Shown here one piece after another: positions 30,043 to 40,328 of a DNA stretch of 64,000 bases. A program made the translations under genes and the position numbers. Origin of the DNA: Patescibacteria group bacterium (lineage in GTDB: Bacteria > Patescibacteriota > Microgenomatia > JAMCZE01). Every line of letters begins with the position of its first letter. Position 1 is the stretch's first letter. The stretch spans positions 341,200 through 405,199 of the forward strand of contig JAMCRP010000001.1 of NCBI GenBank assembly GCA_023380635.1, given 5' to 3'. Under the pieces are notes generated by a model. The model had not been told where the DNA came from. It searched no databases and saw only the letters and a list, made by a program, of their open reading frames with translations.

Positions 30043-30501
30043 TTATTTCTTAAGTGTCTTAGACTTCTTAACAGCCGGTTTTTTAGTTTCCGTCTTGGTT
30101 TCGGCTTTCGGTTCTTGTGCTTTTGATTCAGATATTGCCGCTTCCTTCTTTGGTTCAACTGATTCCACAAGCTCTAAGATCGCTAGTTCCGCCGCGTCGG
30201 ACATCCTTTGTCCCAGGCGAACTATCCGGGAGTAGCCTGAAGTGCGGGTAGTAAAAGCTTTGGTGTATTTATCAAAGAATTTGTCTGTCCCTAAATCTTC
30301 CACGGTTAACCTCCGGGCATTAACCGACCCTTCTTTGGCCCAGTTAATTAGTCTGTCCAAATCTCCTTGGACAGCTTTAGCCCGGGATAAGGTGGTTTGA
30401 ATTTTACCATGGTCTAAAACCGCCACCAGAAGACTGCGGTACAATCCCTTGGCCGCGTTAGTATCCCGGTGCAACTGGTTTCCAAAAACTCGGTGTTTCA
30501 T
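30043..30501 (-). CDS. rplQ: 50S ribosomal protein L17
   Basis: MKHR, IQTTLSRAK, SGYSRIVRLGQRMSDAA; after rpoA. Confidence 0.97.
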   Translation of the reverse strand: MKHRVFGNQLHRDTNAAKGLYRSLLVAVLDHGKIQTTLSRAKAVQGDLDRLINWAKEGSVNARRLTVEDLGTDKFFDKYTKAFTTRTSGYSRIVRLGQRMSDAAELAILELVESVEPKKEAAISESKAQEPKAETKTETKKPAVKKSKTLKK

Positions 30502-30507
30502 AATTAA

Positions 30508-31428
30508 TTAGACAGACAAGGCGACGCCTTTTTCGCGTAGCTTTTCTTCCACAATACCAAGAGATTTTCCGCCCAGGTTTTTCACCTTCAGCAGATCTTT
30601 TCTCGGCGTGCCCAAGAGCTGACCCACGGTTTCAATGCCCCCGTTTTTCAGGGCATTTTCCAGCCGGGTCGGCAGGTCCAGCTCTTCGATGAGCATTTTG
30701 AGAACATCATCCGAAACGGTCGGCGTGACTGCCACCGTGGTTTCGGAAATGTCCGCCTTTGGTTCGTAGATTTGCAGGAAATAGGAAGCCAAAAGCTTGG
30801 CTGCCTGTTTCAGCGCGTCATACGGAGCAATGGTACCGTCAGTCCAGATTTCGATGACCAAACGGTCAAGGTTAGTCTGGCGCCCAACCCGGGTCGACTC
30901 CTGGCGGTAATTCACCCGGACAACCGGAGTGAAAGTCGCATCCAGGGGAATAACCCCGATAACGCCACTGCGCCGCTCGTCAGCCAGAGAATAACCATAG
31001 CCCTTTTCGACCGTAATAGTGGCCGAGAGCTTGGCTTTTTTATCCGCCAAAGTCCCCAAATAGAGATCTTTGTTGGCTATTTCGACTGCCGAAGTATCTT
31101 CGATACTGGCCGCGGTCACTTCGCCCGGGCCGGTCGCTTCCAACCGGATCGTGGCCTTATCGCCGTCCAGGAGGCGAACCCGCAGTTTTTTCAGATTTAA
31201 GACAAACTCCACCACATCTTCCTGAAGGCCGGCAAGAGTTTGAAATTGGTGTTTCACACCATCAATGGTCACGCTGGTGACCGCCGCTCCCGGAAGAGAG
31301 GAATACAAAACCCTCCTTAAAGCATTGCCCAAAGTGTAGGCATAACCCGTTTCGAGGGGCTCAATCACAAACCGCCCGTAACTGTCGGTTTGTTCGTCAG
31401 TTTTGACTTTGAAAACCGGATCTAACAT
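30508..31428 (-). CDS. rpoA: RNA polymerase alpha subunit
   Basis: IEPLETGYAYTLGNALRRVL, RVGRQTNLDRL, alpha-CTD NLGGKSL. Confidence 0.99.
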   Translation of the reverse strand: MLDPVFKVKTDEQTDSYGRFVIEPLETGYAYTLGNALRRVLYSSLPGAAVTSVTIDGVKHQFQTLAGLQEDVVEFVLNLKKLRVRLLDGDKATIRLEATGPGEVTAASIEDTSAVEIANKDLYLGTLADKKAKLSATITVEKGYGYSLADERRSGVIGVIPLDATFTPVVRVNYRQESTRVGRQTNLDRLVIEIWTDGTIAPYDALKQAAKLLASYFLQIYEPKADISETTVAVTPTVSDDVLKMLIEELDLPTRLENALKNGGIETVGQLLGTPRKDLLKVKNLGGKSLGIVEEKLREKGVALSV

Positions 31429-31489
31429 GATTTTTTTCGCTAACTAAGCTTAAACTAAAAGCAAACTCTACCTTTTAATTTAAACTTAT

Positions 31490-32098
31490 TTAGCGGGAAT
31501 AAAACTCAATAATTAACTGCTCATCTACTTCCGTAGGAATGTCGTCCCGGCCCGGAATTTTTACCAACCGTCCGGCGGCAGCTTCTCTTTCAAAATAATC
31601 CGGAATCTTCGGTTCGGCTACTTCCAGCATTTTCTTTACTGCCGGCATTTCTAAAGCTTTCGGGGAAAGCGTCACGACTTCATTTAATTTCAGAGAATAT
31701 GACGGAATATTAACTTTTTTGCCGTTTATCAGCACATGACCATGGGAAACCAGTTGCCGGCCCATCGCCCTCGAAGGCACCAGACCCAGGCGATAAACAC
31801 TGTTATCCAGCCGGCGTTCCAGATTCTGCAAAAGGGCTTCGCCGGTTTTGCCGGGAACTTTTGCCGCAGCTTCATAATAGCGGCGGAACTGCTTTTCCAA
31901 AAGTCCGTAAACTCGTTTGGCTTTTTGTTTTTCCCGCAGTTGCAGGTAATACTCTGAGTGTTTACTCCGGCCGCCCTTGGGCCCATGAACTCCCGGCGGA
32001 ACCGAAAGTCTCCGGCCCAAAGAACCGCTGGCCTTATCCAGAATATTAGCGCCTTCGCGCCTGGCTAATCGATGTTTTGGTCCGGTATATCTTGCCAT
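31490..32098 (-). CDS. rpsD: 30S ribosomal protein S4
   Basis: MARYTGPK, QLREKQK, LERRLDN, QLVSHGH, IIEFYSR. Confidence 0.99.
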   Translation of the reverse strand: MARYTGPKHRLARREGANILDKASGSLGRRLSVPPGVHGPKGGRSKHSEYYLQLREKQKAKRVYGLLEKQFRRYYEAAAKVPGKTGEALLQNLERRLDNSVYRLGLVPSRAMGRQLVSHGHVLINGKKVNIPSYSLKLNEVVTLSPKALEMPAVKKMLEVAEPKIPDYFEREAAAGRLVKIPGRDDIPTEVDEQLIIEFYSR

Positions 32099-32100
32099 AG

Positions 32101-32508
32101 TTAAACCCTTCTTTTCTTCTTCGGCCTTGGCCCGTTATGGGCAATCGGCGTAACATCCGCGATTAAACTAATGTCAAAACCAATGGTTTTCAAAGCCCGT
32201 AAGGCGGCATCGCGGCCGGCTCCCGGACCTTTAATGTAGACTTCCACCTGACGCATCCCCTGATCCCAGGCTTTTCTGCCAACATTTTCTACGGTCGCGG
32301 TGGCCGCGTACGGTGTCGACTTTCTTGCTCCTTTGAAACCGTTACTACCGGAACTGCCGGCCATCAAAGTGTTCCCGGCAGCGTCAGTTACTGTTACCAA
32401 AGTATTGTTGAAAGTTGCCGTCACGTAAACCCTGCCGGAAGTAACTTCCTTGCCGGATTTCTTGGTCACCTTTTTTGTTTCTTTGGTTTCAGTTTTTTTA
32501 TCAGCCAT
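32101..32508 (-). CDS. rpsK: 30S ribosomal protein S11
   Basis: ATFNNTLV, GFKGARKSTPYAA, DVTPIAHNG. Confidence 0.99.
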   Translation of the reverse strand: MADKKTETKETKKVTKKSGKEVTSGRVYVTATFNNTLVTVTDAAGNTLMAGSSGSNGFKGARKSTPYAATATVENVGRKAWDQGMRQVEVYIKGPGAGRDAALRALKTIGFDISLIADVTPIAHNGPRPKKKRRV

Positions 32509-32522
32509 TTTTTATCTTATTA

Positions 32523-32951
32523 TTACTTTTTTGCTTCCGCTGCCGGCGCGGCTGCAGCTGTGCCAATTCCCAGCTTTTCCGCCATCTCTTTCTTGATCGC
32601 GCCAATAGTCACCCGCTTACCGCGTTTTGTCCGGGCGTTGGATTTTGTCCGCTGGCCCCTAACCGGCAAGTTACGGGTATGGCGGATCCCCCGATACGAT
32701 GCGATCTGCTTTAAGGCGGCAATATTGCCGTGAACTTCCGCCCGCAATTCACCTTCAACCTTGACAGTATCGATAGCTTTTTGCACCCGGTTAACTTCAT
32801 CTTCTGAAAGATCTTTAACCCGCTTCGCCGGATCAATTCCGGCAATTTTTAACAGGCTGCCGACATTTCTCCGACCAACACCATACAAGCGGGTGAGAGC
32901 AATATCGACGCGCTTATTGTTATCCAAATCGATTCCGGCAATTCTTGGCAT
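32523..32951 (-). CDS. rpsM: 30S ribosomal protein S13
   Basis: PRIAGID, YRGIRH..NLPVRGQRTKSNARTK. Confidence 0.99.
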   Translation of the reverse strand: MPRIAGIDLDNNKRVDIALTRLYGVGRRNVGSLLKIAGIDPAKRVKDLSEDEVNRVQKAIDTVKVEGELRAEVHGNIAALKQIASYRGIRHTRNLPVRGQRTKSNARTKRGKRVTIGAIKKEMAEKLGIGTAAAAPAAEAKK

Positions 32952-32961
32952 ACTTTAAAAG

Positions 32962-33075
32962 TTATCCCTGGCGCTGTTTATGCTTCGGGTTTTCGCACAC
33001 GACATAAACCCGGCCTTTGCGCCGGACAATTTTGCATTTTTTACACCTTGGTTTAACACTAGCCTGTACCTTCAT
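32962..33075 (-). CDS. rpmJ: 50S ribosomal protein L36 (zinc-binding type; not in ORF track)
   Basis: Manual translation [37 protein letters not shown]. Confidence 0.98.
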   Translation of the reverse strand: MKVQASVKPRCKKCKIVRRKGRVYVVCENPKHKQRQG

Positions 33076-33079
33076 AAAC

Positions 33080-33298
33080 TTACTTAGTCCTGTACACAAT
33101 TCTTCCGCGATCGATGTCGTATTGAGTCATTTCCACTTTAACTTTGTCACCCGGAAGAATCCGGATATGGTTCATACGCATCTTTCCCGACATTGTGCAC
33201 AGAATCTCTCGTCCGTCTGACAGCTGTACTTTAAACATGGTGTTAGGCAAATTCTCCAGAACTTGCCCGTCGAATTCCATTGTGCCCTGATGTGCCAT
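33080..33298 (-). CDS. infA: Translation initiation factor IF-1
   Basis: [28 protein letters not shown]; start at ATG 33298. Confidence 0.98.
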   Translation of the reverse strand: MAHQGTMEFDGQVLENLPNTMFKVQLSDGREILCTMSGKMRMNHIRILPGDKVKVEMTQYDIDRGRIVYRTK

Positions 33299-33304
33299 TA
33301 CCAC

Positions 33305-33379
33305 AAAAAAAGACAGCCCAAGGATCCCTTTTCTCTTAGGCTAAGAGGTATTATATATGGGATTAGCCCCTCAAGTCAA
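33305..33379 (-). promoter_or_regulatory. Internal promoter and hairpin/U-tract leader of the infA-alpha block
   Basis: TTGACT (33379-33374), 18 nt, TATAAT (33355-33350); stem AGCCTAAG/CTTGGGCT then GTC-T7. Confidence 0.7.
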
Positions 33380-34120
33380 TACTTTTGGACCCTTCTCAGT
33401 AATCGCCACCGTGTGCTCGAAAAGACCGGACGGAGAGTTATCCCGGGTAACAATAGTCCAACCGTCATCGCCGCCATAAACGACAGGGGACTCACCCCGG
33501 TTATAAATTACCTCCACCGCCAGGACCATTCCCGTCTTAATTTCCGGAGTATTTTCAATTCTTCCCCGCAGGTAGCAGGGAACTTCGGGGTCTTCATGAA
33601 GCGCCCGTCCGATCCCGTGGCCCACCAGTTGCTTAACCGGGCTGTAGCCACTGCCCCTGACTGTGTCTTCAATTGCTTTGGAAATATCCCCGATATGCTT
33701 GCCGGGACGGCACTCGCGAATAGCCTTGTTTAAAGCGCTGCGCCCAGTTTCCAGAAATTTTTGTATCTCTTTATCCTGAGTTTCCACCTGAATCGTCCAG
33801 CTGGCGTCTGAATGCCAGCCTTTGTAGACTACTCCGGCGTCCACCCCCACAATGTCTCCGTCCTGCAGTTTATAATCCGAGGGGATTCCGTGAACGACGA
33901 TATCGTTAACGCACATGCAGGTAGTAAAATAGTAACCCTTTTCCATTTTAAACGATGGCTTGCCGCCGGCGGCTAAAATTAATTCCTCGGCGTATTTATC
34001 CAGTTCCAAAGTTGTTATTCCCACGGCGGCTTTGGCCAAAACTTTTTTCATCACTTCGGCCAGAATTTTGCCGCTTTCTGCCATCAATTTAATTTCCTGC
34101 GGAGTTTTAATTTTTATCAT
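33371..34120 (-). CDS. map: Methionine aminopeptidase type I
   Basis: VNDIVVHGIP, DAGV..GWHSD, GHGIG..LHEDP, FEHTV; start at ATG 34120. Confidence 0.97.
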   Translation of the reverse strand: MIKIKTPQEIKLMAESGKILAEVMKKVLAKAAVGITTLELDKYAEELILAAGGKPSFKMEKGYYFTTCMCVNDIVVHGIPSDYKLQDGDIVGVDAGVVYKGWHSDASWTIQVETQDKEIQKFLETGRSALNKAIRECRPGKHIGDISKAIEDTVRGSGYSPVKQLVGHGIGRALHEDPEVPCYLRGRIENTPEIKTGMVLAVEVIYNRGESPVVYGGDDGWTIVTRDNSPSGLFEHTVAITEKGPKVLT

Positions 34121-34676
34121 CGAAATTTTTATCAATGAGGGCGGCCACTTCTGGAATTGTCCCGCTGCCATCAACTTCTGATAAAATTCCCTGGCGCCGA
34201 TAATAATCTAAAATTGGCTGAGTCTGCTGATGATAAATCCCTAACCTTGTTTTAATTGCCTCCGGGGTATCATCACTTCTGTTCTCTTTGCTTATTCTGG
34301 ACATCATCCTTTGGATACCCACTTCATCAGGAAGATTTATTAAAATTACTTTGTCCATTCTTTTACCGTTATTCTTTAACATCTCTTCAAAAGGGATCGC
34401 TTGTTCCATATTTCTCGGGTAGCCATCAAGAACAAAGCCATTAGCTGCTTGTGGACTCAAAAAATACTGTTTTAAACGAGCAAAGAGGATTTCGTCGGGA
34501 ATAAGTTCACCACGATTATAGTATTCCCAGGCCTTTCGGCCTTCTTCAGAATCTTCATTAATCAGCTGCCGGGCAATATCTCCGGAGGAGATTCTCAGTA
34601 GGTTAAGCTTTTTGGCCAGTAAATCTGCCTGTGTAGATTTTCCGGAACCTTGCGGTCCCATTACTGTGATATTCAT
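34107..34676 (-). CDS. adk: Adenylate kinase (short LID)
   Basis: [20 protein letters not shown]. Confidence 0.96.
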   Translation of the reverse strand: MNITVMGPQGSGKSTQADLLAKKLNLLRISSGDIARQLINEDSEEGRKAWEYYNRGELIPDEILFARLKQYFLSPQAANGFVLDGYPRNMEQAIPFEEMLKNNGKRMDKVILINLPDEVGIQRMMSRISKENRSDDTPEAIKTRLGIYHQQTQPILDYYRRQGILSEVDGSGTIPEVAALIDKNFDDKN

Positions 34677-35956
34677 AGATATTTTTCGTAACTGCGGGAG
34701 ACCATCATGGTTTCAAATTGCCGAGCTGTTTCCAAAACAACCGAAACGACGATTAAAACTCCCGTGCCGCCAATAGTTAATGTGGCGACATTACTGACTC
34801 CCTGGACTAACGACGGAAGGACGGCTACTAATCCCAGAAAAATCGCTCCGGCTAAAGTAATTCTTGTAAGAATGTAGTTTAGATAGTTTGCCGTCGGAGT
34901 GCCTGGCCGAATGCCGGGAATAAAACCGCCATACTTTTGGATCTCTTCCGAAATCTTGGCCGGATTAAAAATAATAGCCGTGTAAAAATAGGTAAAACCT
35001 AAAACAAGAATAAAGTAAACGACATTGTAAACAAGGCTGGTAGGTTGAAAAGCCGCCGCTAAACTTTGGGCTATCCGGGAAATTTCCGGATTTGGGACTT
35101 GTCCCAGATACTGGCCGACCAAAGAGGGGAGTAAAACCAGGGAAACGGCAAAAATAATCGGAATAACTCCGGCTTGGTTGACCCGCAATGGCAAATAGGT
35201 CGACTGGCCGCCATACATTTTGTTACCCCGAACTCTTCGGGCATAGACAATCGGAATCTGACGAGTAGCTTCGTTTACCATAACAATGCCGGCAATAACC
35301 ACCAGCGCTATTGCCCCGAAAACGAAGATGTTTAGTAACTGGTCCCCCGTTACTACCGAAACCGTTTGGCCAATAATTACCGGAAACCGCCCGACAATGC
35401 CGCCAAAAATTAACATGGAAATGCCGTTGCCGATACCATATTCGGTAATTAGTTCCCCGAGCCACATTAAGAGCAAGGTTCCCGCTGTCAAGGTAAAAAT
35501 TAAGCCGATGAGCATCAGGGGATTAAGACCGGAAATAATATTTTGATTTTTTAAAAGCGCGTAAGTGCCCAGGGCCTGAAGAGTCGCCAGAGGAACGGTA
35601 ATCATTCTCGCGTACTGGTTTATCTTGGTTTGTCCTGATTCACCCTCCTTCGCTAGTTCTTCCAGCGACGGAAAAACCATTTGCAAAAGCTGCAAGATAA
35701 TCGTGGCGTTAATGTAGGGGTTTAAGCCCAGAGCCATAACCGAGAAGTTTGCCAACGTTCCCCCGGAAAAGATATCGAGTAGTCCCAGGAACTGATTGCT
35801 GGCAAAAAGACTTTTTAAAGCTGTAGCGTTAACTCCGGGAACGGGAATATGGGCAAAGAAGCGAAAAACAAAAAAGATCGCCGCCGTAAAAATAATTCTT
35901 CGGCGCAGCTCCGGCGTGTTCCAGGCGTTAATAAAAGTTTGCAGAATTCGGTTCAC
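34673..35956 (-). CDS. secY: Preprotein translocase SecY
   Basis: [49 protein letters not shown]. Confidence 0.99.
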   Translation of the reverse strand: MNRILQTFINAWNTPELRRRIIFTAAIFFVFRFFAHIPVPGVNATALKSLFASNQFLGLLDIFSGGTLANFSVMALGLNPYINATIILQLLQMVFPSLEELAKEGESGQTKINQYARMITVPLATLQALGTYALLKNQNIISGLNPLMLIGLIFTLTAGTLLLMWLGELITEYGIGNGISMLIFGGIVGRFPVIIGQTVSVVTGDQLLNIFVFGAIALVVIAGIVMVNEATRQIPIVYARRVRGNKMYGGQSTYLPLRVNQAGVIPIIFAVSLVLLPSLVGQYLGQVPNPEISRIAQSLAAAFQPTSLVYNVVYFILVLGFTYFYTAIIFNPAKISEEIQKYGGFIPGIRPGTPTANYLNYILTRITLAGAIFLGLVAVLPSLVQGVSNVATLTIGGTGVLIVVSVVLETARQFETMMVSRSYEKYL

Positions 35957-35992
35957 GCTGTAATGATAGCATAATTAAGGAGGTTGGGGGAG

Positions 35993-36319
35993 TTAGGGAT
36001 TTTGAGAAGAGACAGTGTATAAAACACCCCTTGTTTTACCTACTTTTGCTATGTAGCCGTTATCAACCAAATATTTTAAATCATATCGAAGCAATCGGGG
36101 ATCAACGGCTAGAAAACGCCGATGGAGAAAGTCAGCAGAGACACTTTGATGGTCCTGAATCGTTTGAAAAATTTCCTGCCGCCGTGGTGATAACTCCTGT
36201 GAATTTCGGATTAGTTGGGCCGTTTCTACTAAAAGCTTGAGAATCTCTTTTTGTTTTTTGGGATACCTAAGTGACTTGAGGGATTTAAGTTTATCTTTTA
36301 TCAGGAGGCAATTATCCAT
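35993..36319 (-). CDS. Stand-alone winged-HTH protein inserted between rplO and secY
   Basis: LSPRRQEIFQTI...SADFL...RLLRYDLKYLVDNGYIAKVGKTRGVLY (DeoR-like wHTH); TAATG overlap with rplO. Confidence 0.75.
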   Translation of the reverse strand: MDNCLLIKDKLKSLKSLRYPKKQKEILKLLVETAQLIRNSQELSPRRQEIFQTIQDHQSVSADFLHRRFLAVDPRLLRYDLKYLVDNGYIAKVGKTRGVLYTVSSQNP

Positions 36320-36759
36320 TAAGCGATTTTACCACCGGCTTTTTCGATTTTCCTGACGGCACCTTTGGAGCAGGGAAGTTTGACTACCAAAGCTACTTTT
36401 AAATCCCCGTCGCCTAGGATTTTCACCTTATCAATATTCGTATCAATGATTTTGGCCGCCTGAAGAGATTTCAAGGTCACTTCCGTATTGGGCTTAAGAG
36501 AGTTCAGATATTTAACATTAACGATAAACGGCCGGTGATCGTTGTGGGATTTATTTTTGCCTTTGCCCCGGATTAACGGCAATCTTTTTAGCCATGAAGC
36601 TTGAAGGGAAGAACCGGCAAAAGTCAGCTTGACATTTTCCCGGGCTTTTTGTCCCTTGGTTCCCCGGCCGGCAGTTTTAACTTTACCACTACCGTGACCC
36701 CGACCCAAACGCTTGGCCGAACGAGTTTTCAGAGCTGGTAAGGTCGTCAGATTCGTCAT
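36319..36759 (-). CDS. rplO: 50S ribosomal protein L15
   Basis: KRLGRGHGSGKVKTAGRGTKGQKAR, KILGDG. Confidence 0.98.
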   Translation of the reverse strand: MTNLTTLPALKTRSAKRLGRGHGSGKVKTAGRGTKGQKARENVKLTFAGSSLQASWLKRLPLIRGKGKNKSHNDHRPFIVNVKYLNSLKPNTEVTLKSLQAAKIIDTNIDKVKILGDGDLKVALVVKLPCSKGAVRKIEKAGGKIA

Positions 36760-36771
36760 AAGTATCTTAAA

Positions 36772-37230
36772 TTACTTAAGACCCTTAAGAGACTTAAGGG
36801 CTTCAAGTGTAGCATAAACATTATTGGCTTGATTATTCGTTCCCAAAATTTTGCTGCTTATATCATGAATTCCGGCAGCTTCCACCACAGCCCGAACCGC
36901 GCCCCCGGCGATGACTCCGGACCCGGCCGGAGCCGGCATTAACAGCACCTTGGCCGCCCCGAACTTTTTTTCCACCTGATGGGGGATTGTGGTTCCCCTC
37001 ATCGGCACGGTTATTAAATGCTTTTGAGCATAACTGACGGCTTTTCGGATTGAGCTTTGAACTTCCGGTCCCTGACCAAGCCCCACTCCCACTCTTCCCT
37101 TTTTATCTCCCACAACCACTAAAACACTAAAGCCGATTTTGTTGCCTCCCTGAGTTTTTTTGGAAACCCGGTTGACCTGAACGACTTTTTCTTCAAACTC
37201 TTTTGGTTCCTGATGAAAATTATTAGCCAT
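36772..37230 (-). CDS. rpsE: 30S ribosomal protein S5
   Basis: [33 protein letters not shown]. Confidence 0.99.
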   Translation of the reverse strand: MANNFHQEPKEFEEKVVQVNRVSKKTQGGNKIGFSVLVVVGDKKGRVGVGLGQGPEVQSSIRKAVSYAQKHLITVPMRGTTIPHQVEKKFGAAKVLLMPAPAGSGVIAGGAVRAVVEAAGIHDISSKILGTNNQANNVYATLEALKSLKGLK

Positions 37231-37235
37231 AACTT

Positions 37236-37541
37236 TTAGAAAACTAATCCGGCTTCTCTCGCGGCTTCAGCAAACTTTTTGACATTGCCGTGATATTTAT
37301 AACCAGCCCTATCAAAAACCACATTTTTAACTTTCAGCTTTGACGCTTTCTCCGCCAATTCTTTTCCGGCCACAGCGGCGTCGGTAATTTTATCGACTGA
37401 GACCAGGGTTTGTCCAGTCGCGTCGTTAATTAATTGGCCATAAATATACCTGTTTGACCGGAACACGACCAACCGCGGGGTTTCCTTTGTTCCCCGAATG
37501 GTCTTTTTAATTCTTGCCCGGCGATTATCTCTTTTGTTCAT
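37236..37541 (-). CDS. rplR: 50S ribosomal protein L18
   Basis: [28 protein letters not shown]. Confidence 0.98.
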   Translation of the reverse strand: MNKRDNRRARIKKTIRGTKETPRLVVFRSNRYIYGQLINDATGQTLVSVDKITDAAVAGKELAEKASKLKVKNVVFDRAGYKYHGNVKKFAEAAREAGLVF

Positions 37542-37543
37542 AT

Positions 37544-38107
37544 CTACTTAGCTCCCGGCGCTCCGCCAACAGCTTTAGCTGCTTTCCCCGCTTTTCTTCT
37601 AACTACTTCCCCGATATATCTAATGCCCTTGCCTTTATAGGGTTCGGGGGGTCTGATCCGGCGAATCTGAGCGGCCGTCTCCCCAACCAATTGTTTATCA
37701 ACACCTTTAATGTTAATTTTTGTATTCTCGGTTACTTCAAAAGTAATTCCTGCCGGCGCCGGAAACTTCACCGGGTGGGAAAAACCGACATTCAAAACCA
37801 AAGTTGTTCCTTCCAGAGCCGCCCGATACCCTACTCCGACCAACTCCAATCCCTTGTTCCAACCCTGATTAACTCCCATAATGATATTTTCTACCAAAGT
37901 CCGGGTTAAACCGTGCAGCGATTTAGCTTTAGGCGTGTCCCCGGCCCGCTCCACCAAAACATCATTACCGGAAACAGTAATCTTAATTTCCGGCTTAATA
38001 TTCAAGGCCAATTCCCCTTTTGGACCCGCAGCTACCAGCCGGTGATCTTCCGTTTTAACGGTAACGCCGGAGGGAATTTTTACTGGTTTTTTGCCAATTC
38101 TGGACAT
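37544..38107 (-). CDS. rplF: 50S ribosomal protein L6
   Basis: MSRIGKKP (ATG 38107), GVGYRA, RPPEPYKGKGI. Confidence 0.99.
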   Translation of the reverse strand: MSRIGKKPVKIPSGVTVKTEDHRLVAAGPKGELALNIKPEIKITVSGNDVLVERAGDTPKAKSLHGLTRTLVENIIMGVNQGWNKGLELVGVGYRAALEGTTLVLNVGFSHPVKFPAPAGITFEVTENTKINIKGVDKQLVGETAAQIRRIRPPEPYKGKGIRYIGEVVRRKAGKAAKAVGGAPGAK

Positions 38108-38111
38108 ATTT

Positions 38112-38489
38112 TTACCAAATTTCGCAAATAACTTCGCCGCCAACACCTGCTTTTTTGGCCTGTTTATTAGTCATTAAACCTTTTGGTGTCGAAATTATAG
38201 CTGTCCCCGCCCCGCCTAAAACTTTCGGCAAATTGGTATGGGCTGCGTAAATCCGAAGGCTCGGGCGGCTGATCCGCCTGATTTCTGTCAGTCCCGGTTC
38301 TTTACCGTTGTATTTTAAGGTTAAGATCAAGCTATTTTTCTCTTTCTTCACTTCTGATATATAACCGCTCTCTTTTAACAATTTGGCGAGACTTTCTTTC
38401 ATTTTGGACCAGGGAATTTCCACAGAAAGCCTTCCGGCCAGATAGCCATTTTTAATTCTGGAAATCATATCGGAAATCGGATCTATCAT
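38112..38489 (-). CDS. rpsH: 30S ribosomal protein S8
   Basis: [35 protein letters not shown]; ATGA overlap with rpsN. Confidence 0.99.
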   Translation of the reverse strand: MIDPISDMISRIKNGYLAGRLSVEIPWSKMKESLAKLLKESGYISEVKKEKNSLILTLKYNGKEPGLTEIRRISRPSLRIYAAHTNLPKVLGGAGTAIISTPKGLMTNKQAKKAGVGGEVICEIW

Positions 38490-38674
38490 GACCACGATGC
38501 CCGCAATACCCCCGGAATCTCCCCTTTATGGGCGAGCTCCCGGAAACAAAGCCGGCATAAACCGAACTTTCTCATATAACCCCTGGATCTTCCACACAAC
38601 CGGCACCGGTTATGAAACCGGACCGTGTATTTTTGTTTTTTTTGAAATTTAACGATATCGCTTGTTTTTGCCAT
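38486..38674 (-). CDS. rpsN: 30S ribosomal protein S14, zinc-binding type Z
   Basis: RCRLCGR...[14 protein letters not shown]. Confidence 0.98.
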   Translation of the reverse strand: MAKTSDIVKFQKKQKYTVRFHNRCRLCGRSRGYMRKFGLCRLCFRELAHKGEIPGVLRASWS

Positions 38675-38681
38675 CTTTATT

Positions 38682-38745
38682 AAATTCTAAGAAATAAGAA
38701 ACAAATCCTAATTGTTTGTATCTTGTCTCTTGGTTATTGGTTATT
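38682..38745. repeat. AT-rich 7-nt-unit imperfect palindrome (copy B)
   Basis: aaattctaagaaataagaaacaaat ... tttgtatcttgtctcttggttattggttatt; shares segments with 14557-14656. Confidence 0.8.
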
Positions 38746-39229
38746 ATTTTTGAAACGGCATACCTAACTCTTTAAGAAACGCCATTGCCTGGTCATTATC
38801 TCTGGCCGTTGTCACAATGGTGATTTCCAAGCCCCGTATTTTATCAATTTTTCCGTAATCTATCTCCGGGAAAACAATCTGCTCCTTAATTCCCAAAGTG
38901 TAATTTCCCTGCCCGTCAAGTCCGGAAACCGGCACTCCATGAAAGTCCCGAACCCGCGGCAAAGTGATATTAAATAACTTAGTCAAAAAATCCCGCATTC
39001 TTTTTCCCCGCAAAGTTACCATGACTCCGATTGGTTGGCCCTCGCGCAACTTAAAATTAGCGATAGATTTTTTGGCCAGACGAATAGCCGGTTTCTGGCC
39101 GGTAATCGCCGCCAGATCCGCTGAAATTATATCCAGGACCTTTTTATCAGTCAGCGCTTCTTTAGCACCCACATTCAAAACTACTTTTTGCAGTCTTGGT
39201 TTCGCCATGATGTTATCTGTTTTTGTCAT
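38744..39229 (-). CDS. rplE: 50S ribosomal protein L5 (N-terminally short)
   Basis: [36 protein letters not shown]. Confidence 0.98.
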   Translation of the reverse strand: MTKTDNIMAKPRLQKVVLNVGAKEALTDKKVLDIISADLAAITGQKPAIRLAKKSIANFKLREGQPIGVMVTLRGKRMRDFLTKLFNITLPRVRDFHGVPVSGLDGQGNYTLGIKEQIVFPEIDYGKIDKIRGLEITIVTTARDNDQAMAFLKELGMPFQK

Positions 39230-39525
39230 ATTTCTTGCTCACACTTTCTGCAAATTCTCACCTTTTCTTTTTCGGTCACCTTAAAACCAACGCGGGTTAT
39301 CTGTTTACATTTCGGACAAATCAGAGCAACGTTGGCAATTGGCAGTGGCCGAGCAAAGTCGACGATGCCTCCCTTTTGTCCCTCGCTGCGCGGTTTTGAA
39401 TGGCGTTTGTAAATGTTTACTCCGGCAACGGCAACTCTTCCATCAAGAACTTTTTCCACGGTCCCCTCTTTCCCTCGGTCTTTCCCCGCCATAATTTTTA
39501 CTTTGTCGCCTTTTTTAAGTTTCAT
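39226..39525 (-). CDS. rplX: 50S ribosomal protein L24
   Basis: LKKGDKV...GKDRGK.G KOW motif; CPKC..CRKC. Confidence 0.98.
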   Translation of the reverse strand: MKLKKGDKVKIMAGKDRGKEGTVEKVLDGRVAVAGVNIYKRHSKPRSEGQKGGIVDFARPLPIANVALICPKCKQITRVGFKVTEKEKVRICRKCEQEI

Positions 39526-39526
39526 A

Positions 39527-39901
39527 TTAAAGTACCTCCGATGCCATCGAAACTATCTTATTAAATCCTTTATCTTTCAGTTCCCGAGCCACGGGGCCAA
39601 AAACCCTGGTACCGATTGGATCCAAATTATCCAAGCCGTTAATAACAACCGCAGCATTGTCATCAAAACGGATATAACTTCCGTCTTTGCGACGCTGCTC
39701 TTTATGAGTTCGGGCCACCACGGCAAAGACCATCTGGGAATCCTTAACCATTCCGTTCGGATCCGCCCCGTCAACAACGGCCCGAACGATGTCACCCATA
39801 TAAGAATATTTTCTTTTTGATCCGCCGTATAAATGGATAACCCGCAATTTGTGGGCGCCGGTGTTATCTGCTGGTTTTAAAATCGTCCTTCTTTGAATCA
39901 T
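39527..39901 (-). CDS. rplN: 50S ribosomal protein L14
   Basis: [27 protein letters not shown]. Confidence 0.99.
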   Translation of the reverse strand: MIQRRTILKPADNTGAHKLRVIHLYGGSKRKYSYMGDIVRAVVDGADPNGMVKDSQMVFAVVARTHKEQRRKDGSYIRFDDNAAVVINGLDNLDPIGTRVFGPVARELKDKGFNKIVSMASEVL

Positions 39902-39905
39902 ATGA

Positions 39906-40133
39906 TTAAATTTTCTTTACCACCATAAAGTGTTTATTCTTGCTAAATGGTTTTGATTTAACAATTTCCACAGTATCCCCCTCTTTAATTCCTTCTATCT
40001 CGTTATGAGCTAACAGTTTTGTTTTGCGCCGCAATATCTTTTTGTATTTTGGGTGTTGGTAAATATATTCCACTGTCACCGCGACGGTCTTTGGCGTCTT
40101 TGCTGACAAAACAGTTGCTTTAAACGTTTGCAT
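39906..40133 (-). CDS. rpsQ: 30S ribosomal protein S17
   Basis: KTVAV, HPKYKK, AHNE, GDTVEI..KPFSKNK. Confidence 0.97.
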   Translation of the reverse strand: MQTFKATVLSAKTPKTVAVTVEYIYQHPKYKKILRRKTKLLAHNEIEGIKEGDTVEIVKSKPFSKNKHFMVVKKI

Positions 40134-40326
40134 GTTCCAGTTCCTTTCTAATTGTTAATATCTGGGCTAAATTCTTTTTCAGATTTTTAGCCAGATTGGT
40201 ATTTTTACTGTGCCGCATCGAAAGTTCCATTTTGGTCTTGATAATCTCCGTCCTAGTTTTGGCAGCCATGGCTTCCAATTCTTCAACGGTCTTATTTTTC
40301 AAATCGTCTAAATCTTTTTGTTTCAT
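40120..40326 (-). CDS. rpmC: 50S ribosomal protein L29
   Basis: Position between rplP and rpsQ; DLKNKTVEEL...KKNLAQILT. Confidence 0.95.
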   Translation of the reverse strand: MKQKDLDDLKNKTVEELEAMAAKTRTEIIKTKMELSMRHSKNTNLAKNLKKNLAQILTIRKELEHANV

Positions 40327-40328
40327 AA

